DNA of 61,075 bases, filler included, from Diploschistes diacapsis (GCA_023645945.1; 10 parts of 10 records of this genome joined end to end with filler, not necessarily neighbours in it); one strand, 5' to 3'; shown: positions 26,272 through 38,849, counted from the first letter of the whole stretch. The notes: a model not told the origin generated them from the letters alone. A program made the numbers and translations.

Positions 26272-26371
26272 NNNNNNNNNNNNNNNNNNNNNNNNNNNNN
26301 NNNNNNNNNNNNNNNTTAATTAATTAANNNNNNNNNNNNNNNNNNNNNNNNNNNNNNNNNNNNNNNNNNNN
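26272..26371. other. Artificial contig spacer (44 N + TTAATTAATTAA + 44 N); identical spacers at 30156-30255, 34037-34136, 37916-38015, 41778-41877, 45640-45739, 49502-49601, 53363-53462, 57222-57321
   Basis: Identical 100-nt unit with stop codons in all six frames. Confidence 0.99.
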
Positions 26372-29338
26372 CCCCCCAAAGGTGCCAGGCCTCGGCAAAA
26401 GCGCAGGATCCATGATTCTCCATGGAAAAAAAAACTTCCATGCCCCAGCGCCCGCCTGCGTTGAAGGCCCGCGGCCCGGAAACGCCAGCCGGGACGTCGT
26501 GCACTGTACCGGTGTTGGCGCGCATGTTGCGGCGCCACACTGGGATAGCTTGTGGCTGCAGCCGGCCGGTGAGGCGGAGTGGGCCGGATCGTGGTGTCGG
26601 AGGGCATCGGCATGCTGGCTGGGCGGAGGAACATTAGAGGCCGGGAGGCTGCCGACGCGCTGCTTCTCGTTGGTCCAGCCCACTTGAGGGGTGGGAGTGT
26701 CCGCGGACACTGGGCATGTCTACTGCTGCCGGCGATGGCGTAGGCATCCGGGATTAGAAGGAGGGCGGTTGGGAGCCGAGGAGTCATGTTGGCGATATAG
26801 AGGGGGTTTGAGTTAGTATCGGGAGAAGATCTTGAGTTGATGGACATTGCAATTGGGAAGAGGTTGGGCAGGGACGAAGAAGAGGATTTGGAGTGCAGTT
26901 CTTACGTAGATTCGGCTCGGGCTGCATCGCACAGAACGCATCAAAAGTGAATAACGTGGACCCACGGATACCGGAAACTAAAGGGGTCGCTTCAAGCAGG
27001 CACTTGATTCTCTTTCCACGTCAATGCGGGATAGCATCGGTATCACCCATCATTATTATCAACATCGTACTACTATCCTTATTTCTGCTAACGGGGAATG
27101 CTGGCATTCCACATCGTGGTGACGACAGTAGCAACTGTTGTAGTTGCAGGATAGAGGCTATTGGGCAATGGTGGAGAGCGTGGGCGGGTGATGGTATGAA
27201 CATAACATATACCTACCGCCTAGAGGGATGGTTTAAGCTGGCTGATGCGTTCAGGAGTACTCCATGGTCATTGGAAGACGACGGATGGCATGTTGGGGAG
27301 AGCTTCGGGCATACATAAACGGTAGCGTGGGTGATATGGCTGCACTGTTTCGGTTGTAGTAGTGGTGAAAGCACTGAAAGTAATGATAAGAATAGTAGCA
27401 ATTGGCACACAAAAACAAACACGTGATGCTAAATTATAATGAAATCATGCCAGTGCGGCAACTCATACCACCGTGGGTACATCAAGAGATGCAGACTGCA
27501 TTACTTGATTTTCTGGGGCATGGTTCCAGCCTGCCCCTTTTGGCTATTGCCAACCGACATTCAATTGAAGTCCTGGTCTTTCGTTTGTGTACATGCGAGA
27601 GGCCACACAGCTCGCTCACAGCCCGAACCCAATTTCGTGAACCAAAATCATGCCGTGTCAGCTGCCGAATGCCTCGAATAGGGTTGAAGGTCGACTTATA
27701 CACAATCTCAGCTTGGGCACGACCTTCCGCGTCCAAGATGCAAAGTCAGGGCTCTAACAATATCGGGTCTGTCAGCTTCGGTGAAGGAAACACTGCCCAC
27801 CTAACTGGAAGCCAATCCATTCACTCCTGTAGAACCACCAGATGCCTGCAGATCTTTAAGAACCCTGGTTCGGGTGGAGCTGTGAACCGTGGCGCTGTCT
27901 TTCAACGCTCCTACCAGTTTGTTGCTTCGCGGATCTCTTCAGCAGGCGGTGCAGTATGCGAGCATCTCGGCCGGCTTCCGCTAGCTACTTATCCGGCTCA
28001 GTGCCCTAGCTATACAGATCGACCGTCTTTGCGTACCGTTGGTTCGGCGTAGGTGGGTTTAGAATACACACTCCTACCATGGGTGCGATACTGTTGTGTC
28101 ATCTAGGTCTCTCGATAAAACACGCGGGGTGTTGTAACAGGCGTTCCTAGCAAGGTTTTGTTATGGCATGTATGATGCTGTTGGTACAGCTCTTACCTCT
28201 CACTAGTTCTTAGATATAGAGCTCCTCTGAGTCCTATAATGATGAGTCCGGAACGTTGGTTTGGCTAGAGAGCTTGATGATCTGGCGGTAGTACCTCGTG
28301 TATGTCTGGTAAAAGTCTCTCCAGTATCGGTCGGGGATGATTGAAATACGTCCTGGGATCGCCATCGGGTGGTGTTTGTGCCAATGTCTATCGTTCCTTA
28401 AATAGCATTCTGTCCACTGCTGTCTCACCACATTATTACCAGGCGCAGACGCCGTATTCTCCTATTCTTTGCCCAGTTCGAAGTATTTGGATGCTGTCTC
28501 GTTGGTGTTCAACGAAGTTGAATCCACGTAATGACGCTGGCAGTTCTAAAAACTTGATACCCTGATGCCAATTTGAAGCCGAGACCTAGCATCCCATATT
28601 GATTTCAACCTGTGGACAGTATTGATACAGGGTTGATGCTTATGCAATGGGTATACTGGGATAACGGTCCCATCTATTGAGGGGGCGAAAGTTACACGCT
28701 GCTTGTAACTTTGCTGGTCTGATGATTTCCTTGCGAATAGCGTTTGAGCTCTCTTCTGGCCTTTTATCGCAAAGGAAGCTCGTCTACACTCTCCTCTCTT
28801 GCCTCAGCGTTTACTATCCATATGAGATCCAAGACAGCTCCTAAATCGAGGTTAGAAACCAAGCTCTATACCAATTTCCGCTTATTTTCACACTACATTG
28901 AAAGTTCCCGCCAATACCAAATGCTTAGTTTTCATTGCAGCTCTGAAAAAACTCCTCAGACCCTTACCTCGAGCTCCATCCTCCAGCTTCAAATGATCAT
29001 GTATTTCTCTTGCATCACCGTTCAGAGCGCAAACGGAAGGAGGTGGATGAGTCTAAAAAGATAAGAGAATCAGCCTGTTCTATGGCCGACGTATAATAAA
29101 CCATCCTATGCCGCAAAGTCGAAGAGGCTTGGTACTGAAGAGGTCGTCGTCTAGACCAGAAGCGATTCGGGGATCGCTGTATTCCAAGATCCTAAGATGA
29201 GCTCTTATCGTTTGTCTTGCTGGTCATCGTGCATGAAGCACACATAGCTAAGGGAAAGAGGACCCCAATAAGAATCTACCAGCTTTTCCAATTTTGTTAC
29301 TCTCGTCCCTCAAGTTTTTTAAGTCTTTTATTTACAGA

Positions 29339-30155
29339 GCGATTCGGGAGCACCACCTATTCCCCACCCCGTCCATACAAACCTCGTAAGGCTGATAATT
29401 AATATATATATACGCTAAGTTAAGTTTTATATAAATTTATATATATATTTCCTTAAATCGTTTAATACTTATATCACGTAATAATATTTTTTATTATTAA
29501 AATTCTTTTTTTTCTATATATTTTAGAGCTTTTTTTAAAGTTTAATATATAATTTATTAAATTATTTAAATAATTAATATTTAAATAACCTTTTTACGAT
29601 ATTATTAATTATTAATTAGTTTTACGCGTCTTATATTTTTTTTTTTTTTCTTTTTTCGTCTATTTTTTTTATTATTTTATTTATTTTTTTTTCTTTTATT
29701 TTTATATTAATATTTTTATAGATATTATAGCTGCCGTCTTTTTCGTCGCGTTCTTCGCCGCCGTTTTTTAATTTCTCGTCGTCGTTGCCGTTATTATCGT
29801 TATCGTTCTTTCCTTTACTTTAATTTTAATAGTCTTTCGTTTCCGTCGTTTATTTACCGTAATAAAACTCGTCTTTTACGATTGCGACGCGTTTTTTCGA
29901 TTCGGTTGTCGTACGCGTTTCGTTGTTGGCGCTGGTTTTATGAACCGAGGCGCTGCGTCGTCGTCGTTAAAAAAGAAGGATAAGGATGCCCTAAGTAGCT
30001 AACTACGAAAGAAGAAATAAAGTAATAAAGGGCTGGGGGAGGATAGAGGAGGAAAAGAAGGAGGAAAGGAAGGAAGGGGCTGAAGGAGGGGAGGAGATAG
30101 AAGCCTACGTTAGGGACTGCGGGGTGTTATCGGCGGCGACGACGACAGTAAGATT
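29339..30155. mobile_element. Repeat family copy B, heavily RIP-mutated, cut by contig end
   Basis: Very AT-rich, TpA-rich, CpA/TpG-poor, CpG retained; aligns with the reverse complement of about 34535-35306. Confidence 0.9.
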
Positions 30156-30751
30156 NNNNNNNNNNNNNNNNNNNNNNNNNNNNNNNNNNNNNNNNNNNNT
30201 TAATTAATTAANNNNNNNNNNNNNNNNNNNNNNNNNNNNNNNNNNNNNNNNNNNNGGGGAGGGGACAGTCGGATGCGAAATGACGCGAGAGTAGGAGTGC
30301 GTCCGGAGAAAACTATTGGTACAGTTTCAAGCGAAGGCTCGAAAAGCCGGTGTCCATCGAGTGCACCCTGTAGATTGCGCGATGTTCAGGAGGCCACATG
30401 GAGAAAGCGGCAGTTGGCAAAATCGACGATAGTGAGGTGTAGGAGGAGGCGGTAAAGAAGCGAGTTGAAACGGAAGCGCTGGGAAGTCGAAGAGGGAAAG
30501 CAAAGCGGTCGGCCTTTTTGGTGGGCAGCCTTTTGCGTTGATTAGTCACATACGCAAGATAATGCTGGGCAGATGGGTCTCACCGACCTCATGAGTCGCG
30601 GTATGGCGCCGCCATCCGCCGGAATTCGATGGCAGAGGCAATGACGCCGAGAGAAAATAATATGATTGCAAGCGGGCTGATAGTTGCTTGAAAGGTACTG
30701 GCAATCACGGCGACTGCCATCATGCTCTTGACAGATGGGTTACTCGAGGGA

Positions 30752-30847
30752 TTACCGTGGTTTCGGTGGAGGTTTTGGCTTCGGTACGCCTGTGGTGTCG
30801 TATGAGCCTCGAGCCATATTGGTATACATGTCTTCCCTGGTTATCAT
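30752..30847 (-). CDS. Candidate micropeptide/uORF MITREDMYTNMARGSYDTTGVPKPKPPPKPR* (21 aa from the best-context AUG at 30817)
   Basis: Three in-frame ATGs just after a canonical intron (30863-30997, GTGAGT..GCTGAT..CAG); another intron downstream (30530-30583). Confidence 0.55.
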   Translation of the reverse strand: MITREDMYTNMARGSYDTTGVPKPKPPPKPR

Positions 30848-32990
30848 GGAAGCGGCTTGAGCCTGAGGAGGTGCAAATCAGCGCGGTGTCTTGTGGGAAG
30901 AAGGAAAAAACAACAAGATGACACGGGACCGGCCCCGGTCTTATAACTTGGGGCAAAGCCCAGATCCAGGCGTATAAAATGATCAAGCTTGACTCACAGG
31001 TAAGACTAAAATAGGCTGTGCTCCGGGGTGCTGGCACCAAGGCCCCACGAGTTGAGGGCTGAAGTAGAGGTGGCACCCGATATGCAGGTCAGAGAGACGT
31101 GCGAGCTTTCAGCAGAACAAAGCTGTTAGAATTTGCGGCTCTGGATAAGATTTGATTGTTCTAAATCGGAACCAGCGATGCGGTCATACAAGGTAGCGTT
31201 GGTTGTTTCCGGGAATGTTGAAGCGCAGATAGACGTTTCCAAGCGTGCAGCGGTCAGTTCGTGACAGGCCACCTCTCTCCGGACGCCTGCCAGGTCTGAC
31301 CCTCCGCGTGGACCTTTTCTCTCGAGTCGTTCTAGGCAAATGACAGCGATTACTCTATCGAGGAGGCAGCGCGTGCCTTAGTGTGGGAAGGCAGCAGTTG
31401 GGCAAGTAAACCGAGGGAGACCGGTGAGTGGTATTATATGCGCTAGCAGCAGGAAAAGAGCGGTGATACGTCTTCTGAATGTGAAAAACAACCTCTTCTG
31501 AAGAACTGACGGGGGCGTATCAAAAAAAGAAAACAGTAATGAAAGAACGTAGCAGCAGGGTATGGTTTTTGAAGGAGGGAAGAGCTACATAGCTAAACGG
31601 GGGGGGGGGTTTTGTGAGGGCGAAGGATGGATTTAAAGGGCAACAAGATGCCAGCACGCCCCCCTTAGCACAACCGAGACAGAAACACGACTACTAGATG
31701 GTATATTTGCAGAGTTTTACTTCATTCTATCCCTTGGGATTCGATCCATTTTGTCGGAACGAATGACGGAGCATGCGGATCTAGGGTGTCGGGTGCCTGG
31801 AAACAAGCCATTAATTGGTCTTGGTATTTGGCAAATTATTTTTTTCTTTCTTTTGAATTTTTCCTTCTTCTTATTCTTCTTCTTCTTCTTCTTCTTTTGA
31901 ATTTTGGTACAGGGTTCCGGGTATGGAGAAGTTTCCCATGTCCCAGCATGCAGTAGTGTTAGTGGAGCACAGTACTAGCAGTTAGCGGCAAAAAGCATCA
32001 TCGCTGGCATTCGGCCCTTCGGGTTCCTGAGTTTAAAGCCAGGCTTAAGATTAGGTTACATTAGGTGCCAATGCTACTACTACTAGTACTACTACTACCA
32101 CCTCTGCCTTAGGCACGGTTGGGTTAAGGTACTGCAAGGTTTAATTACGAGCGTTTTCCGAGCGTTGGAGTGGGAAAAGACAAGAGAAAAAACTCTTCGA
32201 GTCCCAAAGAGGCAAAAGCAGCAGAGCATGAAGTGAGCGGCGGCACAAAAGGAGTCAGTCGATGGAATGGGGGGGTGCGCCCTGTGCTGACGGTCGGGCC
32301 AGTTTTGCACAGCCTAACGAGTTATGAGCTATTACATAATATGATATAAATTAAATGCCTCTTCAACTTTTCGATATGACATGACGATATGACGCAGACC
32401 GACAGACAGACAGACAGACGCAGACCACCGGAAGGGAACAGTTCTTTTTTGTTTCCGCCTTCTTTGCTCCCACGCGTGTGACAAGGATGAGGAGTGGTTG
32501 GGGTGGCAAGGAAAATCGATCACGGCCTCGCGTGGCGCGCTGGGTGACGATGGTGTGCTGGAGCTGGCCATGTTCTGCATGTGATTGATGTGGATGTGCT
32601 TCGCCTTTGGCCACGCTAGCACCTGTCATTGTTGCTTGCGCAGCTAGGAAGTGGGCGGCGCTCCTTGTGCCACGTTCTTCAAGCCGTGAGGAAAGCGAAA
32701 TGAGGGCGGAATGAGGACGATAACAGTTTGTCAGGATAGAAGTACTATACGACGACGTTGTTGCACGTGCACGTACGAAAACCCAAACGGGCCGAATGTG
32801 AGAGGGCCAGGCAGCAATTTTTGATTTTGAATTTTAGTCACTCTGGCGAATGGGAGTCGAGCATGGCCTAGTAAAAGTCAAAAGGCGGCCTTTTCGGAGC
32901 AATAATTCATGGACACGGTGATGTGCCAGCAGGCTGTGGTGCGGCTTAGGATTCACTGGGTAGCATTTAAATTGGGTGCAGGTTGTATTC

Positions 32991-33041
32991 GGGTGATGTT
33001 TGGGTGATGTTTTGGGTGGTGTTTGGGTGGTGTTTGGGTGG
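32991..33041 (+). repeat. 11-mer minisatellite (GGGTGRTGTTT), about 4.5 units
   Basis: gggtgatgttt gggtgatgtttt gggtggtgttt gggtggtgttt gggtgg. Confidence 0.9.
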
Positions 33042-34136
33042 CGTCTGCGTGGGGTTTTTTCTCGTGTGTAAATGCAAATGAAGTTGCCTTGTCAGCATGA
33101 TTCTTTGGCGTTGTTGTTTCATGCTTGCTTGCTTGCGTGCGTGCGTGCGGGCCTGGAATGCCTTGTCGCTTGTACCCTGCTCATCTGTCCGCTTACTATG
33201 ATACAGTTACAAGAATACTCCCGTAGTCCCCATGCACACTCAGATGCTCTCTCTTCGAGATGTGATTGCGCCTGGTTGCAAGAGTTGAGATAGGCTCGCA
33301 TAAGTGAGTCATGGTACAGAGTTCATGTAAAATTTCCTTAGGGGCGGAAAAAGTTACTGGGCAGGGGCAGGTACAACTGCTTATATATATGACTGATCTT
33401 TGGCTCAACGGTAATTACCAAGTACCAATTACAACCATAGTTACGCATACAGCCCTCTGCTCTGTACAACGGATGAAAAAGTTTTCATCCAGCTTCCCAG
33501 TTTCCACGATTAAGGAGTAAGCAAGTAAGCCTTCGTCAAAAACGTCTGTACTGTTCTGTAAGCTCTACTCTGCCTTGCTTTGGTATTGATGAGTGATCGA
33601 GAAGGCAAGAAGCAGCAGCAGCAGCAGCAGCAGCAGTACCTATGATTTCATCCAGGTACTTGTCCAACGTTGAGACGAATTGTTTACCGAGTCAGCGTTT
33701 TCCAGCAGAAGCCGTTCCTGCAGCAGTTTGTGCACTAGCTGTCCCTTTCGGTAACAAATGACGATCCCTTGTTGATTTGATTGAGTCTGGGTACGTGTAC
33801 TGTGTACTGTTAGTCTGTTACACATCGTTTACACGTCCTCACTTCCCCGACGAAACGTGACAGGAAGGCCGAGGAGCAGCCAACGTCCGGACTACAGAGT
33901 AAGTGCAATAATTACAAGGCTTGGGTCGACGATCTCAATTGCTCCTTTCCCACGAGGCGGCGGGGATTCTCCCACGTTGATCTGTTATTTCATAGTAGGA
34001 CCCTGTTTTTCGCTCTAGCGTCCCGGGGGGAGGGGGNNNNNNNNNNNNNNNNNNNNNNNNNNNNNNNNNNNNNNNNNNNNTTAATTAATTAANNNNNNNN
34101 NNNNNNNNNNNNNNNNNNNNNNNNNNNNNNNNNNNN

Positions 34137-35306
34137 AATTTATTTCTCGATATTAAATATCGATAACGCGTTAATTTACCCGCGTTATCGTAAACATCTA
34201 ACGCATTTAAAAGAACAAAATTAAGCGGGACGCCGAACAATAGATTTATTTACCCCTAAACAATCCTATTAAGAAAAAGTAGACTATCGTTAAAGCAACG
34301 AAAAGAATAATAACGGGAATTAAACGGATAAGAACGCCGACGGTAATAAAAATAATAAATATTTAAACCGAAACGATCCGCAGATAGTTTCGATAAATAA
34401 TATTTTAGATCGAGATTTCGATAACGAAAAAAAAGTAAAAAAAAATAATAAAAAAAGAAGAAAAACGTATTATAAATATTCGAACGAAATTAAATATAAT
34501 AATAAATTAAATAAAAAATTTATATATCGTTTATTAATCTTACTGTCGTTATCGCCGCCGATAATATCTCGTAGTTTCTAACGTAGGTTTTTATTTCTTC
34601 TCTTCTTCTAATTCCTTCCTTCCCTCCTTCCTTTCTTTCCTTCTCTATCCTTTTCTAGCTCTTTATTATTCTATTTCTTCTTCCGCAGCCAGTTACCTAG
34701 AGTATTCTTATCTTCCTCTTCTAATAGCGACGACGTAGCGCTTCCGTTTATAAAATTAACGTTAGCGATAAGGCGCGTACAATAACCGAATCGAAAGAAC
34801 GCGTCGTAACCGTAAAAGACGAATTTTATCACGATAGGTAAACGACGGAAGCGAAAGGCTGTTAAAACTAAAATAGAAAAAAAGACAGTAACAATAGTAA
34901 TAATAACGGCGGCGACAAGATCTACAAAAATGTTAATATAAAAATAGAAGAAAGAGGAGAGAAAGCAAGCAAAATAATAAAAAAAGCAGACGAGAGAAGA
35001 GAAAAGAAGGGTAAAATATAAGGTACGCAGGGCTAGTTAATAGCTAATAATATCGCAAAAAGATTATTTAGATATTAATTATTTAGATAATTTAATAAGA
35101 GATATATTAAGTTTTAAAAAAGAAATCTAAAATATATTAAAAAAAGGGAATTTCAATAATAAGAAATGTTATCACGTGATATAAATACTAAAGGAAATGT
35201 ATATATAAATTTATATGGGACCTAATTTAGCGTGTATATAGATTAATTGTCAGCCCTACGAGGTTTGTATGGACGGGGTGGGGAGTAGGTGGTGCTCCTG
35301 AATCGC
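34137..35306. mobile_element. Repeat family copy C, RIP-mutated, cut by contig start
   Basis: Shares terminus GTTTGTATGGACGGGGTGGGGA.TAGGTGGTGCTCC.GAATCGC with copy B; differences are mostly transitions. Confidence 0.9.
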
Positions 35307-35429
35307 CTCGCGGACCTTCCGCAGTCAAAAAAGAATAACATGATATCGTCCGAGAATGCGACCATGAAGAAGGACCCCGGATAGATCTTAAGGCCACTTG
35401 AGAGATGCTGTTACTTGCAACGTTGCTTT

Positions 35430-36244
35430 GTCGGAACTATGGATCGGCGGCATCATTTGGAGGGTTCTAACTCCAGAGGCTTAATTTGGGAGGACATGAA
35501 AAAAGGCTCTTGAAACGTTCGCAAGCTACATCTTGCGATAGCATTATGTGATCATAACGCCAATGACGAAGAGAGAGACTGTGAGATCGAAGCATGGCTA
35601 GACTTCCTGGATGAAGGCTCTAGCCGCATTGCCGATTTTCTCCAGGCCGCCCCGGAACTTGAGGTCTTCGAGGTTCAGTTCGATGATATGGGCTCAGTCG
35701 AGTTCAGCGGTTTTATAGATACATCCCTTCCAATTTACCTTGGCCAACTCCACGAGTCCTAGATTTGAGCTGGTTCACTACTACAGAAGACCGTCTATTT
35801 CGGTTACTGCAGCTTAATGCTGGAACATTGAAAGGTCTCTCCATCCGCGCCGCTGATCTTATTAGCGTGGCTGACTCCTGGCGCAGTTTCATAGCGAATA
35901 TTTTAAACACGTTGAGTCTGGCAGAATTGCAGCTGAAGGCCCCCTTCCTGAGATTCGACGATGGATGGTATGACCTGGGTTGGGAACTGTCCCACTTTCG
36001 GCGTGCACATGTAGGGGGTCGACGGTTAGAATGGGTGGTGTTTGCTTCAGATTCCTCATTAAAACCCTTGGCTTCAGATTTGGGCTCTCATTGTCCTATG
36101 GAACACTTCCGGCAGAGCTGCATCGATAGGCTTCTAGATCAACTTCTTGTTGAGGCTCTTGCGGAGTATGAAGAAGAACAAGATGACGAAGATAAAGAGA
36201 GTGGGTGGTTGGAGTTTGAAGCTCGATTCCTCGTAACAACCTGA
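35430..36244 (+). pseudogene. Degenerate C-terminal part of a fungal F-box/LRR-like protein
   Basis: VRKLHLAI..IADFLQAAPELEVFEVQFD, frameshift, then WPTPRVLDLSWFTTTEDRLFRLLQLNAGTLKGLSI; upstream stops; no N-terminus, with repeat copy C just upstream. Confidence 0.5.
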
Positions 36245-38849
36245 AGTTTTATTCATGTTGAAGGACAGAGGAAGAATAAAGTGACCCGGCCCTGAGCCTT
36301 ATTGCAGAGCCCAGAGGCAATATCGCTATGAGTGTTGCATTTCGGCCATTTGCTATTCCTGAAGATTCTGCTGTGGCCTCTTGCTGGCTCCGTAAAGTAA
36401 CGACGAGACTGGATAGATGGATACTCATCTCACCTCAGAAAATGTGTCAAGCTTTCCCAGCCAAGGTTCATCGACTTGACAGAGATGATACATGACAGCT
36501 GCCATTCTACGTTGTCCGGTCATGCCAATTGGGAATGCCAGAACGTCCGCTAAGCCTAGCAGATATTTACAGCATGCAACATCTTTGAAGCTATTAGGAA
36601 TGTCATAATGGGAACCTGGACGGGCTCTACAAAGCGCTTAAGCTCACTGCAGCTTGAAACACCTCAGCGTTCTTGCCGTCAAATATGGGCAGTTCGTCGA
36701 ATTGCTAATCCTTCTTCACTGATAGGCCATATCTGCGTCACTTCGCACAGTTTGTAGACCTTCTTTATGTCTTGACTCTTTTTTACATGTCTTCTCAGTA
36801 TGCACTCTTCCAATACAGCGTCGTGTTTTGAAGGCCTTTGCACTCCTTTAGGACTGCCATGCCGGTCAATTATAACTGGGTATCAATCTTTGTTGATCAC
36901 ATCATTTCATACATTGCACATATGATTAGCTCTTATCTTCTAACATGACCTAGTACGGTGCTTGAACTGGCGCTGCTGCCGGTGCACCCTGGGTGTTCGA
37001 TTCGCTAAGAGTGTAGCTGGACTTGGAACTGCCTAGATGAATGAGATGGCGTACACAACCGCACCGATCATGAGTCCAGGCTTTCACTGGGAAGACTCTA
37101 AACGTATGCATTTAGTAACGGAGGGGATATCACAGAGGCGAAATGCGTCTACTTGGGACAGCAGTATAGTTCTAATGAATAGCTTAGATCTTATATGTTA
37201 ACCGTTTTATGATTCTCTGGTCTGAGGCCACTGGCTGTTATACATCCAATATGAAAGAAATATGCAGCCATCTCGTAACGCCGCCGCCGCCCGTGTACAT
37301 ATATGTTGGCAAGTATCCAAGCCATCTTCCTCTCATCAGCACGGGGTGCTCCTAGACGCACCATCGGCTTCCGTTGTACGTTCTAGACCACACAAGCGAT
37401 TAAATAGGAGAGCTGTATAGTAGAACCGGAAAAACTTCTATACCTTACTTCGCTGATAGTGCGATTTCATGAACCTGTACTACCGTAAAGTTTAGTGCCG
37501 GTACTCGGTAGTATCGTTAAGCCCTAAAAGGTAGAATACCCATCTACCGTTGCCTTTGAAACGAAACATGCAGCGGTTCAAGAACTACAAATAGCGTCAA
37601 TTGGACTTGATTCTATGATTCTATATTTGAGAAAAGGAGCCGAAAGAGGTTCTCTGGTACAACATCGACTGACACAGGTTAGCAGCCAAGTCTCCTGGAG
37701 ATAACGAAGTCCCTATAACAGTATTCAACCTTTCCTAATAGCGAGCATGCGCTCATTTACTTGGCTATATACACTCCAGCCAGCTTCTAATTATCTGTTT
37801 ATCTGGTCACTCTTCGGCATCCCTCCACCCTCCCACCATCAGCTTTCTCCGTACCAACAACCATGCCCTTCATCTCCCCCTCCCATCTAAGCCCTCCGCC
37901 TCCCTCTCCTACATCNNNNNNNNNNNNNNNNNNNNNNNNNNNNNNNNNNNNNNNNNNNNTTAATTAATTAANNNNNNNNNNNNNNNNNNNNNNNNNNNNN
38001 NNNNNNNNNNNNNNNATATTCTATATTCTATATTCTAACCCCTCAGCCCTCAGCCCCTCTCCCCCCCGCCTTGGGCCGCTGGCAAACCTGGCTGGCCCGC
38101 CAGCTAGTCAGCCTGCCTACCGGTTCCGCCACTGTCTTGTTGCCGAGGGACAAGATGAGATAGATGTAAGTTAGTTATGAGTTGAGTTATGTTATGCGTG
38201 CCAGTAGTGCTATATTCGGATGCTCCTGCTGTTCGAAAAGAATAGTGTCTATCTTCTCCGCCTGTGCCGACGGAGCGCCACCACACCCTCTTCTGCCCTC
38301 GAATCCTGCTTCTTCCTACCCACTCTTACACTGCAGCAGCAAAAAGTAGCAGCCTTAGCCTTGCTTTTCTTTCTCGGACGATACAATAGTGTACCTGTGC
38401 ATGTTCCACGCAACCTAGGACAAAGCAAGAGAGGAGAAAGGCAGAGGAAGACGAGGAAAAAGAAGAAGAAGAAGGATTGCCATTATTATTGGCTTGGCGG
38501 CCGTATTCCCTTTTCTTTTCATCTGCTCTGCTCGTATCTCGGAGAATCACTCAACAGGCCAGCCGGTCTTCTATCGCATCGGTTGTTATTATTATTATTA
38601 TAATTACTATTACGTTGATTACCACACACAACTGGCCGCTCCCCTCTTCCTCTTCCTCTTCCCCTTCCACTACCCATTTCCCCTTCCTTTGTGCCTTAGT
38701 CGGCCGGACGCATCTTCATCTATCCTCTTGCGAGCGACCCCAGGAATTGCACAGCACTCCAACGCTGGTTGCGAATCACTATTTGAAGCTGCAGATCCAG
38801 GTCCAATCGAAGTCGATAAGACAACACACCGATAGCAACGGAACCTACC

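Noticed and set aside
26372..26847. GC-rich ORFs open to the gap
   Set aside because: Several frames open, no identifiable domain, truncated; cannot assign
28200..28580. Minus-strand fragment IKFLELPASLR resembling an F-box start, and an ATGATGA C-box on the plus strand
   Set aside because: Match too short and followed by stops; no properly placed D box
29339..35306. Copies B and C as giant inverted termini of one element carrying 30256-34036 as cargo (Pack-MULE or Starship-like)
   Set aside because: They are on different size-sorted contigs separated by artificial spacers; no target-site duplication; no transposase or captain recombinase seen
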